64,000 nucleotides of DNA from Bugula neritina (Eukaryota > Animalia > Bryozoa). The notes below the pieces were generated by a model. That model was not told the origin of the DNA, did not search any database, and saw nothing but the letters and a program-made list of their open reading frames with translations. The position numbers and the translations under genes were made by a program. How positions within the stretch are numbered: the stretch's first letter is position 1; each line of letters starts with the position of its first letter. The stretch covers positions 12,709,133-12,773,132 of the forward strand of contig OZ037771.1 of the NCBI GenBank assembly GCA_964035545.1, read 5' to 3'. Shown here piece after piece: positions 27,250 through 40,800 of this stretch.

Positions 27250-30200
27250 TTACATAGGGGCACTAACAAGACCAGCCGGCCCTTGTCCCAGCTGCTGACC
27301 CCCGACTGTACTCTCCAGGGGTTTGAATCCCAGCTCCTCGGTGGGCACGCCAAACATGTTCAGTTTTGCCTCGTATGTTCTCATCAGATCGTTGTGTGCC
27401 TTGCACACCCTTGCTAGCTCATACTGTAGGTCCTGAAATGTATAAATTGACGACTTCATAACTACAGCAGTATTATAGATGACAATTCATGGTACAGGTT
27501 GTTGGAGTTGCTTTTCCTTATTCTCCAGTACTTGTTTTTTATCTTGCCCATTTTTGTGAAAATTTTCATCAGTATTAAACGTTTATTGAATAATCATAGC
27601 AGACGTATGCTGCCATAATGATTTACGGCCCTAAAATCTCATGAGATTCTAAGCTAAATATTGACTAGAAAAATCACAAAACAGCAAAACTTATTTCCAT
27701 GCAATGAGAAGTAACAATACTAAAAAGTATCACACTAAATAGCTGTCAAAAGGCAACATTAATTATTAATTTTTCAAGTTGCCCAAAAAATTCCCATTAA
27801 AGCTTTGAACTAAAGTAAACACCAATATGAAGATACACATGAAGACTTAAACAAACCTTAATAGCAGAGTTCTTGCTGTCTAAAACATCTTCCAACTTCC
27901 TGGTAACAACTGTTAGCGCAGTCGGATCAAGATTTGATGCAGACAACACCTCGTTGAGCTGAGCTTCCTTCTTCTCCAGAGTATCTGCCAGAGCAGACAA
28001 CTTCTTCTCCAATAACAGGTTCTTGAAGTTGGACTTCTGCTGCACCTCATGGATAGCCTGTAAAACAAACTCGCAGGTAAATATATAGCTTAGAAACAAG
28101 ACACGCAGGTAAATTACAGGTATGCTATTCAAAAGTACACATCTATATGTAACTTTTAACCAAAAAAAGTAGTTGGCATGAAATATAGGAATATATTTGA
28201 AATACTTGCATGCGATTACTGCACCGTCACATACCTCTGATTAAGTTACAAAATGCAATACAATTTAGATACGTTGCAATGTTGAGCATAAAAACCAACA
28301 AAATAGGAACACATTATCAAGAATGACAAGAGAGACATACTGTTAGATTAAATATGACTCACAGGTGTGCTATAAATTTCAACTAATAAAAGGTACTTCA
28401 GCAAAAAACACACAAAAAAGCTCCAAAGTACTACAGAAGAGAAGCAAGTGTGTTACAAATGGGACAAAATCTGAGAGAAAGAAGACAGTTGTAATAAAAA
28501 GTACATGTTGAAAGACAGGTAAAGTAGAGATAAGAGACAGGTAAAATACAGGTGAGAGACAGGTAGAATATAGGTGAGAGACAGGTAGAATACAGGTGAG
28601 ATACAGGTAAAGTACAGGTGAAAGACAGATAAAATAAAGGTGAGAGACAGGTATATTAAAGGTGAGGTGATACAGGGTGATTGTCTTACCTTGACAAACT
28701 TAGTGTAGAGCTCATCTCTTTCTGATTGGATCTTTTCAAATCTCTGCTCAAGAACTTCGTGTTCCCATTGAATGGCTTTCAAATCTGCCTCCATAACCTA
28801 ACATGATGTAGAAACACACAAGTGTATCAATATGAAGATAAACTAAATATGCAAAGTATGGATCAGCTATGCACCCTTCAATGCCATTACCAAGTTTAAT
28901 TACCTTCAATCGAGCTTTGGCATTAATAAGTGCTTGTTTATCTTTGTCGTAATTGGCCAACTGTTTTCTTAAATCTTCCACTTCCTCCCGTGCCTTCTGC
29001 AAAGGCTCTACGAGTCGTCTATTTTCTGCCATTACTTCATTCATATGCTTCTCCATTCTCTCCTCTTTCTTTTTCATTTCCTCAACCTAATATGACCAAG
29101 CAACGCAATAAAGTAGAAACTAATACAATGGCATCATTTTTACTTTGCACTAGATTTGAGATTAACATAATTTAAGTTTTATTTACCTGATAATTTCTTT
29201 TGTATCGTGATATAGATCTGAGATTTACGTAGTTTTATTTACCTGGTCTTTCAAAGTGTTGATCAATGCAAGATTGTTCAGTGTGATGTCATTATAGTAA
29301 TTCTTGATGTCACTAAATGCCTTCTCGTGATTCTTCATCAGCGTGTTAATCTGACCATTCTTTCTCTCCTAACAAACATTACATACAGGCATGTAAAATG
29401 GACTCATTGTTCATCATATTGAAGTTGCTGTAGTTGAAACACATTGAGTCTGGAGAAAAATATCATTTACTTATTTTAGAAATTTTAGAATATAAAATAA
29501 AACCATCTCTTTCAATTATTTTGTTAATTTACTTACTTCTATTTCATGAATTTCAGTTTTCCTCCTTAAGTCAAGCTCGTCCCTCAAAGCTCGCATTTTT
29601 TTCTCATATTTGCTTTCAATTTCTTTTGCTTGACGTTCAAAATCAGCCCTTAGATCTGTGATTTGTGAGTCGTGTGTCTAAAAAAAAGTTGATTCACACA
29701 CTAGAGTTGAAATAATATTTAAAAAACTATGCAGTTTAGGTTAATGATTTATTGAACTAAAACTAAACAATAGTAAAATAAATACATAATAAAATGCTTA
29801 CCTTTTTAAGATTCTTGATTATATCTTCATGAGCAAGCTCTTGCTCTTTTAGTTCAACTTTTAGTGACCGCTTATCTTTTCTTAGCACTGTTTCTTCACC
29901 GCGGTGTTCATCCTGAGTCATCTTAAGTGAAACAGTATTTTGAGCTTTCAACTCAGAAATATTGTTTTGATGCTCATAAAGCAAATGTTTGACTTTCTGT
30001 TTATAAACTTTAATTTCAATTTGATGCCTTTCCTCGGCATCTTCCATTTCACGGTCTTTGTTTCGTAAGTCTGCTTTCTTTTCATCAAGTTGCCGTTTGG
30101 TTATTTCCCAAAAAGTGTTAACTTTATCTCTTTCTAGTTGGAAATAATTTCGTTCTTCTCTTTCTCTATCTAACTCTTCCCTAAGACGAACTATGTGCTC

Positions 30201-30317
30201 CTCCAACTGCTCTTTCGACATTTCTTCCGTCGAGATTCCATCAATTACTGTGGGAGTTTTAGCCTTGGCAGACTTTTTTCCCTTTTTACCACTTCCCTTT
30301 TTCTTTTTAGGTGGCAT
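27250..30317 (-). CDS. GAS8: Dynein regulatory complex subunit 4 (growth arrest-specific 8), 485 aa
   Basis: Exons 30317-29802, 29677-29537, 29368-29243, 29086-28904, 28797-28690, 28057-27857, 27432-27250; MPPKKK..., [45 protein letters not shown]. Confidence 0.98.
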
Positions 30318-30620
30318 TTTTAACTTTTATTAATATGCTAAGTAAAGTACCAGAATAAACACAATTATTGCAACTCCTACTAAACAATTTTCAGTTTTTC
30401 TTGATTAGTTAGCCAAGATGGCATGCTAACACTGGAACACTATTTCTCTGTTGCCAAGCGAGCTTTTGCAAAGTAGTCAACAATTGGTTGAAAACCTACT
30501 GCTATAACAATTGGCTAAAGCGTGTTAGGTTAGCGTATCCAAGGTTCAGGAACTGTCAAACGCGAGACTGCAATGAGTTCCGGTAGGATGTAAACAACTT
30601 AACCGGATGTCAACTTTTAC
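30318..30620. promoter_or_regulatory. Probable bidirectional GAS8/OFD1 promoter
   Basis: Head-to-head arrangement; X-box-like half sites GTTGCCAAG (30450) and GTATCCAAGG (30535), forkhead motif TGTAAACA (30589), two ATTGG (CCAAT) boxes. Confidence 0.5.
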
Positions 30621-31862
30621 ACCAATTTCAAAATTGTCACATTCACTGATACTGATTCACTCTAAATCTAACTATAAACTACAACTTAACTCTATAGCCA
30701 CGCCCACTGTAGTTATGAGTACATCTTAATTATTATTATGTTTTCAATGACGCAAAATATAATTTATAGCTAATTATAATGAATTAATCAATAATCTTGT
30801 TAACGTCCATCTTAAAACTAAAAGTAAAAGTAAAACTAAAAGTAAAAGTAAAAGTGAAAGAAAGCTAAATCAGAACCCAAACCTAAAGTTAAAACTTGCG
30901 CCTTAAGTTTACAGTTGCAGTTACACTTGCTGTTAACACTAAATAGCAACTGTTGAGGCCCAAACTAAGAGTGATTGTGCAGTAAAGATGATACTTTGAA
31001 TAATATTTAGTAACTTACCGTTTTACGACCATTAAATTTAATTTCATGATGATACTCTTACTCCTAGTCTTACTCTTAGCCTTAGCTCTACAACTATAAA
31101 AACTATTTTGATTTTTTTATTTGCTTTTACTTTCATCATTTACCATTTTTATTTTAGATAATTATATTTTTATTAGTGCTAGTAGCTGTAATGACTAAAA
31201 ATAAAAGTGAATTTAATCAGTTATACTTGTACTTATAGTATAAGTGCTAGTAATAAAACTTGCTTTGCTTAGTTATTGAAATGAATTAAGTCAAATTTCA
31301 GTGGCAAATTTTATGCTGTGACTTATTCATTGCCATTATTAACGGTTCTCATAGACCTGATAAAGTTAAAAGGAATTCAATAATCAAATATTATTAATAA
31401 TAATGTCATTAAAAAATGTATGTGAGTAGTGAATATACTTAAGGCTGTGTATTATTATATTAATGTTAATTATTTTGAGTCCTTATTCGTACCAGAATTT
31501 GTATAAAAATTATTTATCAATGGCCATACCAATGTTCTAACTATAGCACTCAAATTGGATAAGTTACTTACATTAGCTTGAATATTAAAATTTTCAGTAT
31601 TAGTCATCAAAACATCAAGTACTTCAATACATTTAAGGATATAAATAATGAGTTATTATTTGAAATCTTAATCATTACTATTCAGCTATCAAACTTATTA
31701 GGTGTAATATGTTAATTAATGTAGCTAACACTAGCTGGAAATTATGATGATAGGAATAGTGTGTGCATTAACTGCTAAAATTAAATTTGACTTTTTGAAA
31801 CATTATGGAACAGTAGTTTGAACTTAGTGTGCTACTAAATCACTCTGAAATTGAATAATAGG

Positions 31863-34800
31863 ATGGCAAGTGCAGCAGAAGCTCGGAATAAATCATCCCC
31901 AGGTAAAAAGCACGCTGTCGATTCAGACAGCGTGCTAGAGATGACATCAGAAGACATGAGAAATGCTCTCTATGAAAGACTTCATAACAAAGGACTGCTT
32001 GATGCATTGAAGGTACTTTCTCTATGCTGAACTAGTTTGTATCACAAATCAGAAAAAAGCTAAAATTTTCAGTGCAATCTGGAATGTTTGTTTAAAGTAT
32101 ATGAAAAGTTCGATACAAAAGTAGTTTAGTTGACATATTGCAATTTGTATTGCAGTCTCAACTAAGGAACTACTTGGTCTCAGAGTTGCGAGGTAAAGGA
32201 TATCAGAAAGACAAAGTCACCGAGAAAGGCGATAGCCATGGATTAGAAAAGAAAGTTCTGGGAAGTCTGATATACAAGTATTTGTGTGACGAGGGCTGTG
32301 ATTATACAGTTGGAGTGTTTTTACCAGAAGCTGGAATTACTAAGAAGGAGGTAGTAATATTATAGTCTTATTTATTTCAATAAGCTCACATTTCGGGTTT
32401 TCATTTCTGTTGGAATACTTTAGTAAGATATTGTTATGATTTGAGTGATTCAGCTTGTCCGTTTGACGTTATTTAATATGCAGAGTGTTTGACCACCATG
32501 ACTACTCTGCATAATGTGTCCATGGTGATAAACAATGACACACATTACATAAATTTTTTCGTAAGTTAGCATGGGTCTCTACAGTTTTTTTTGGGTATCG
32601 TTCTGAGTTTATTTGTTTAGGAGTAGTAACAGGTATACTTTTTAGGAACCCAGGAGGCTAGCCTAAAGCCCTCTATCTTATAGACATGGTTAGTATATTT
32701 TCAAATGAAAGTTACTTTGTAGATTTTAAGTGCTGAAGAGCTGAAACGGCTGCTGAAACTGCCCAGCGGGTTTTGGACTGACAAGGGAGATAACTCCTTG
32801 TTATTGCTGATGATATCACATCTCCTGTCTACAAGATCTGACGAGAATATCTCAGAGTACGGCACTCAGACAGAAGATGGTCACATGTTGTTAAGTGAGT
32901 TCCGAGTTAGTCAGTGATGGACGGACAACTCTAACCTCAATATCTGCTACTCTAACCTCAATATCTGCTACTCTAACCTCAATATCTGCTACTCTAACCT
33001 CAATATCTGCTACTCTAACCTCAGTATCTGCTACTCTAACCTCAGTATCTGCCACTCTAACCTCAATATCTGCCACTCTAACCTCAATATCTGCTACTCT
33101 AACCTCAATACCTGCCACTCTAACCTCAGTATCTGCCACTCTAACCTCAGTATCTGCTACTCTAACCTCAATATCTGCTACTCTAACCTCAATATCTGCC
33201 ACTCTAACCTCAATATCTGCCACTCTAACCTCAATATCTGCCACTCTAACCTCAGTATCTGCTACTCTAACCTCAATATCTGCCACTCTAACCTCAATAT
33301 CTGCCACTCTAACCTCAATACCTGCCACTCTAACCTCAATACCTGCCACTCTAACCTCAATATCTGCTACTCTAACCTCAATATCTGCTGCTGACGTCAG
33401 CATAGAACTGTAACTCTTGTTGCCTTGAAATTAAATGGTTACTGTAACTATGCCAAAATACTTTGCACTACCTGATGTTTGAATTCGACTTAGTAGAACA
33501 TTTTGTGAAGGATTTTGCTGCAGGTCAAGGCCGTTGCGTCATGGTAATGAAATCTTTCTGTTCTGGCAGCTGATAAGTTGGCACATATTGACTCTCAGTA
33601 CGCGTCCCTCAGTCACAGCCGTAGACCCGGAGACATAGCCAGCTCTGTCGAGGAGAGGCTCCTTGCTCATCAGAGGAAGATAGAGCTGGCGGCAAATCAA
33701 AAGGCGCAGGAGGATTTCGAGCGCTGGAAACGGTTAGAAATACAGACTATCCAAGTTAGTGAGAGGGAGAACCAGTACCGCGAGCTGCAAGACAGGAGGA
33801 GACAGGTGAGTGTAGAGGTGTGATGTGACAGGTGGGTGTAGAGGTGTGATGTGACAGCTGAGTGTAAAAGTGTGATGTAACAGGTGATAGTAGAGCTGTG
33901 ACAGTTGGGTGTAGAGGTGTGATGTGACAGTTGGGTGTAGAGGTGTGATGTGACAGTTGGGTGTAGAGGTGTGATGTGACAGTTGGGTGTAGAGGTGTGA
34001 TGTGACAGTTGGGTGTAGAGGTGTGATGTGACAGTTGGGTGTAGAGATGTGATGTGACAGTTGGGTGTAGAGGTGTGATGTGACAGTTGGGTGTAGAGGT
34101 GTGATGTGACAGTTGGGTGTAGAGGTGTGATGTGACAGTTGGGTGTAGAGGTGTGATGTGACAGTTGGGTGTAGAGGTGTGATGTGACAGTTGGGTGTAG
34201 AGGTGTGATGTGACAGTTGGGTGTAGAGGTGTGATGTGCCAGGTGATAGTAGAGTGAACTTACTATATAGTTATAATACATAACACAGTGTATATAGAAT
34301 ATGTAACACAGTGTATATATAATATATAACATAGTGTATATAGAATATATAACATGGTGTATAAAGAATTATAACATGGTGTATGTATGTACGAGTAGTT
34401 AGAGGAGGAGTACAGGAAGAAAGTCGCTGCCGTGACGGACAGAGAGAAAGCACTGACTGACTCGGTTAAGTTGGAGTTTGAGTCTACGCAGAGAGAGACG
34501 TTTGCTCAGAGACAGCAGCTCCTCCAGCAGTCGGAGGAATTGAGACGCCGGGAAGCAGAAACTCGGGAGGAGAAAACTCACATGGAGAGGTCTGTGTTTC
34601 CTTCATTTCCTGTGATTATTCTTGCTACTGATTTGCCTCATCATCATTCTGTCAAGTTCTATAAAATTAGTTCCATGATTTTTAGATTTCTTTCCTGAGA
34701 GAAGTTTTTGTTTTGCTTCTAGGTTGCAGCGAGCAAATGAAGAGAAAGTGGAAAAAATGGAACAGATGTTGAAAAAGCGAGAAAATGACCTATATCAAAA

Positions 34801-37800
34801 AGAGCTCCACATGGATAACACACTCCGTATGCACCAGGAGAGGTAACTCCTGTATTTTGTGGATGGTATTTTGAAGGAATTATTATTGTGGGATATTTTA
34901 TTTGAAAGATGAACAAGTTATAAAAATAATGGAAAGCGTTGATGGATTTGTAGATATCATTGAGCTATATTGTTGCTACTGTGTAACACGACTGTGTAAA
35001 AGTTGGTGGAACTCAATGCAGTGAAGTATTCAGGGCTCACGTTTCGTGCCATTTCTTTTGGTTTATATTCTGACTAGATTCAAGTGTAATTATTAAAGAG
35101 TCTACTCTGGTGTTATGGTTTCACTTCAGGTGTAAAATGGAAGAGAAATTAGCCTATGATTCAAAATATAGAGAGTTAAAAGCCTGGGAAGAAAAGCTAA
35201 AAGGTGATTTAATATGTAAAGTATTAGTACTCACAGTCTTTGTAAGTCATTTTATTACGTTTTGAAATACGAGCGGTTTTATGTAGAAATGAGATGGTGA
35301 TTTTTGTCACCGAAAGTTTATTGAGAAGGCATAAGATTTGCTAGTGAAAGGAATTGAGTAGCAATACATTCAGTGCATAGTTATTGCTAAACGCACTACT
35401 TGCACTTTAGACAAACAGCTGAGTGTAGAGAGGGAAAAGAAGAGTCTGCTAACAGCCAATGAGAGAAAAGAGCTACTCGAGTTGAGACAGAGTAAGAAGG
35501 AACTTGAGACTGCGACTAATCAGTACAGTCTTCAAGTATCGGGACTTGAACTGACTGTCTCAAGTCTACATGAGAAACTTGCCAAGGTGAGACTTGTTCG
35601 CTGTCTGCTTTCGTACTTAAACACTTGTTTCATCTGTTTATGTCTTGGGAGTAATTTAAGTTTTAGTAAATGTGCTTTGATTTTCTGTTTTGATGAAACA
35701 AGCGGAAAGAAAAGATCCTTCATGACATCATAGTGGGCCACCCAAGATGAAATTCTTATGTGTGCACCGCTTAAAGGATTGCTCAATCTTAGTTTATTAC
35801 AATCACATTATAATTATGAACTATAATCTAATGTGTATGCAAACAATTGTGACTTTGCAAAGGGATATGTGCCTAGAAAACAGCTTTTCAAAATTCCAAT
35901 TTTGAGGGAGGTAAAATTTTCAACCATGAAAAAGAATAGCCTAATACGTGACGTGTGAACGCCAGTAACTATGCTGCACGTGCTAACTATAACGCTAGTA
36001 TTCAAGGTTGCTGAGCACAACATCAACCAATAACGCTCAAGCAGTTATACAGTGCGCTATATAGGTCAGCTTTGGTGTGCCCGTAATATTGCACAATCTG
36101 ACCTAGTTTAGATCGATCGCAGGCATTCATCCTAAAGAATGCATGTTTTTGCAATACTTTTTTCTAATGTTTACAAGCAAAATAGGGCCTAATGTTATTA
36201 CATACATGTTATTTAAAATGTCAAAAAACTATAGATTGAGATAATTCACATTTGCACTTTTATAAATATACAAATTACGAGCTGAAAGATCACATCTCAC
36301 AGTCATATTTCTATAGTTATTCATTTGTATAGTCACGTGACCAGCAGGAATGCTGGCGCTGTTACGTCACATTTCCCAGCTCATTTCAAAATCGGCGTTT
36401 TGGCTGTTACCAATCTACACCCTCAACTTCAACTAACTTTTTCTACCTTTGGTCAAATGCTTTTTGTCAATGCATGCTTAGAAAAACACAATATTATGTG
36501 TGTTTGACCTAAATGGCCATTTATTAGACAAGATAGAGCAATCCTTTAAGACTTTGCACGGTTCACATTAGCAAAATGTAAATTGTAAAACTTGTACAAA
36601 ATTGGTTTTCTATGTATAATCAGTTCCATTTTTCTGATGTTCTTGCGCCAAAAATGTTGTTAATGTTTATAGTATACACAGGGCAGTAATCTTTATAATA
36701 TTATACTGTATTATGTTTTATAGTATTATATTATATTGTATTATGTTATATTGTATTATCTTATATTGTATTGCTATAATGTCTCATGTTATATTGTATC
36801 ATGTAATATTATATTATGTTACATTGTATGATGTAGTATTCTATTATGCTCTATATAATTATATTATATTGTGTTATGCTATATAGTATTATATTATATT
36901 GTATTGCTATATTGTACTATACAGTATTCATAGCATAGCCTGTTCTTATTTCAGGTGTTTGATTATGAGGTGGTAAAAGAAAGTAACATTTCGCTGAAGA
37001 AAGACTTGCAGATGACTAAAGACAGACTGGACAGCTTACTAAAGGAACACAGCTTACTTCAGGTTGGTCACATAACATTGCTTAGTGTGCTTTCTTAAAG
37101 TCATTGTAGAGGATGGCGTACTGGACGCAACTCTCTTAGTCTAGGTACTGAGGCTAACCTGACTTGAAAGAGCACCAACAGTTTGGAGATGGCAAATTTG
37201 TAGTTGAAGGTTTTCTTTCACTTGGCACATTTTTCATATCATAGGCTAGTTTCAGAAGTTTACTAAGTATATAATAATGAGATGAAAGCATCACAGATAA
37301 AGTAGCATTTAGGCATTGCAAAACCTCACATATGTGTTCAAATGACACTTTCGCCACTTGCAAAACAAAGCTGATTGAATAGTTTTACATAGAGAGAAAA
37401 ATAAAACTTTCTAATAACTAAAGAGTTGCTAAGGTTGAATTAACAGCCAGAATTGATGTCTATATTACTGAGTATACTAAACTGTGATACACAACTCTAG
37501 ATGTCATTGTGGTACGCAGGAGAAGTACGAGCAAGTTATGATAGATGGAAGGGAGAAGGCTGGAGTTGGTGAAATCATGATGATTAAGACTCAGATACAG
37601 AAAGAGAGAGACCGTGCTCTGGATGAGAAGGTTAGTAAAAGTTGACATAGACTTTGTCTTTACCTGCAATAGGGTGAGGTTGGGGGGTCATTTCACACTT
37701 TCAAACTACCTCTGCTGGATTTATTGCTAGCTATTAAAATTTAAATATAATAGGGAGCAGTAGTGGTCTAGGGGTTAGAGTGTTTGCTTTGTAAAAATGA

Positions 37801-40800
37801 AGTCGTGGGTTAAAACCCCGACAAAGGCCATTGGTGATGTTAGGAAGAGCATCCAATCATAATTGCTTCTGTGCCCCATCTGAATAAGTCCTTAGCTCGA
37901 TTTAACAAAAACCTCTTCCATCAGAGGTTTTCTCACAGGGGTGGTGACTATAAACTTGCGTGAGTTTTATTAAAATTCAAATCTAAAACTTAGCTAACAA
38001 TTAAAAGCGAATATAATTGTAAAAGCTCATTATAGTAACACTACTATATACCTACTCACAGTAATACTGCTATATACTCACAGCAGTGCTACTATATATA
38101 CTAACGCGTTTTCTCAAAAAATTAAACAAGTTGGAAATATATGTATACACATTTGCTATTCACTTTTAATGTACTTATTTCTTGTATAGCAATTTTGAAT
38201 TATTGAACATAAAAAACAAGTTACTATCTGAATATTGACAAGTTATACATTTCATCTCTCTTGTTCACTTCTGAATTAATTTTACCGACTCTCTAATATA
38301 CATAATGTGTGGTATCCGTGCTAGTAAGAATAAGCTCGTCTACTATATTGTTATATTTATACAAAGTCTTACTAGCATAGCTAATTTTTATGAAGCGTTC
38401 TATGTAATATTTATTTTATCAACGTTTAAAATGAAAGACTTATTCTTGTGGTTCATTTCTTCAGGTTCTATTGGAGCACAGACTAAAAGAGATCGAGGCT
38501 AAATTCACTGACCAGCTGCAAAAGAATCAGCTGATGACTAGAGAGTTTGAGCTACAAACAGACAGACAGCGACACATGAACAAGGAGTACGGGGAGCTAC
38601 GCAAGCAGTTGGGGAGCAGCGCGAGTAAGTTCTATGGCTAATTTATAATTCTAACGAGATCTAACAATGTTGCATTATTCCTTACTCTCTGTGCTAGCGA
38701 GTCTCTCGATGTAATATTTGCGTGTTCTGTGTTGTGAAGATGCCTTTGAAATGATTCACTCTTGAAAAAACTCGAGTTTTATACATAAATGTCTCCTTTG
38801 TTGCTCTGCTGCTTGACTTTATTATCAAATTCGGGGCTTATAAGGGTTTAACTTCCTTTAGACGAAATACTTTTTTTTACTAAATTACACACAGAGTGTT
38901 GTCTTGTAATGCGTTAAACACGCCTTCAGCCGTTTACTGTATTGTGTGAAACATGTGCTGTGTAGCTGATGGTTTGGTGACATCAAGAAGACGATCATCT
39001 CCCCTGAAAGATGCCTCATTCTATGACACAACGTTTAGACAGACGCTGCCCCCGGAGCTAGCTCTAGATGCTGATTGGCCTGCGGATCTGTCGTCTGGCG
39101 GTGATGTTTCTACCGCCACTGAAGAGAGCATTGTGACAGAGACGAGACGCCGCCTTGACCACCTGACTTCCGAATCGGAAAGACTCCATTCGGCTTTCAG
39201 ATCTCTGACGCGCCAACAACCATCTTCCTCAACATCTGGTAAACTGTATAGCTGACTTTGAAACTCTTCTACTGCAAAAATTTTCGGTTTTAATTTTAGG
39301 ATGTGTAAAGTGTGCTTCCATTATATATATACTGTGCGTATACTTTGTATATAATCTGTATATATAACATGGTATAGCATATTTATTTAGTACAGACAAA
39401 ATTTGTTACAATATGGAGTAGTAGAGAGATAATGTTTCCAGCTCACAATGAGCATTAGATATGAAAATTCTTACTAAGTATCATATCAACATAATACAAC
39501 AGGGTGTAGCTGAACACCATTTTGTTTTCTATTATAAGGAGTCCGGTCAACTAGTCTTCGTTGTTCAGTTTCCTCTCCCTCCAAGTCTAAAAGAGCAGCA
39601 TTTCCGGAGAATCACAAAAGCATTCAACGTGATCTACTTATAGGAACATCCCAACCCGACCTATTACATGTCTCACAGGGGCACACAACTCCTGCTTACA
39701 GTGTCTTGTCACCATCTAAATATGTAACTGGTGTCAACCCTACTCAGGTAGCGCAAGGTGTGTGGTAGTATGCAATATTACCTTGTTTTGCCTCATGAAA
39801 CTGTAACAAATTAGTCATAATAAATATAAGGTTATGCAATATGTTTCTGTTTTTAAATAGAGTAATGTTCATATAATTCAGATTTATAAAATGCTACTAG
39901 CTATTTAAATACGGTTCTTTAATGCAAGAATAAGCAATTTTGAAGTTTATAGATCTAGTATCATGTTTTTGAAAACTATTTCTATTGTAGAAGGAAATTT
40001 CAACTCGTTGCTTAGTGAAAACAGAGTTAATTTTAGGATGGGAGCCGAAGTTGACTCCTCAAACTTGCGGGAAATGAAGGTAGAGAAATTTGGTTAATTT
40101 TCAGGTCGATGCTCATACTTGTGTCTTACTAACATCTTTCCTGGTATTATTTTGTCTGTTAGACAGGTGATGTAATGAGTCAGGCCGAGCAGTTTAGTCG
40201 TCCGACTCCAAACAAGGTCCCTCATACTGACCAAAGCGCAGCGGCTGCTGTGCCTAAACTTGATAAGGAGTTATCTACTCAGTCCGCAGTTGTCTTTCCA
40301 CAACCTGCAGCCCCGCCCACTTTACTAGACAACCAATGGAAGTCTCAGAACTCTCCTTCAGCTTCACCCAAACCATTAGAGAGTCAAAAGTCATCCACAG
40401 CTTTGCCAAACTCTTTGGACAGCCAATGGAAAACGCAAGCTCCACCCGCAGACCCGCCCACATCTTTGGACAGCCAATGGAAAACACAAGCTCCACCCGC
40501 AGACCCGCCCACATCTTTGGACAGCCAATGGAAAACACAAGCTCTACCTGCAGACCCGCCCTCTTCTTTGGACAGCCAATGGAAAACGCAAGCTTCACCC
40601 GCAGACCCGCCCACATCGTTGGACAGCCAATGGAAAACACAAGCTCCACCCGCAGACCCGCCCACATCTTTGGACAGCCAATGGAAAACACAAGCTCCAC
40701 CCGCAGACCCGCCCACGTCTTTGGACAGCCAATGGAAAGCAGAAGCCACAAATACTGTCCAACCAAAACCAACAGCTCCTAAGGTTAGTTGATACAGTTA

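Noticed and set aside
32891-33413. 170-172 aa ORFs on both strands (ADIEVRV / SATLTSI repeats)
   Set aside because: Stop-free 21-bp intronic minisatellite; OFD1 splices around it in frame.
37753-37825. tRNA gene
   Set aside because: Cloverleaf is degenerate and continues into a dispersed SINE body.
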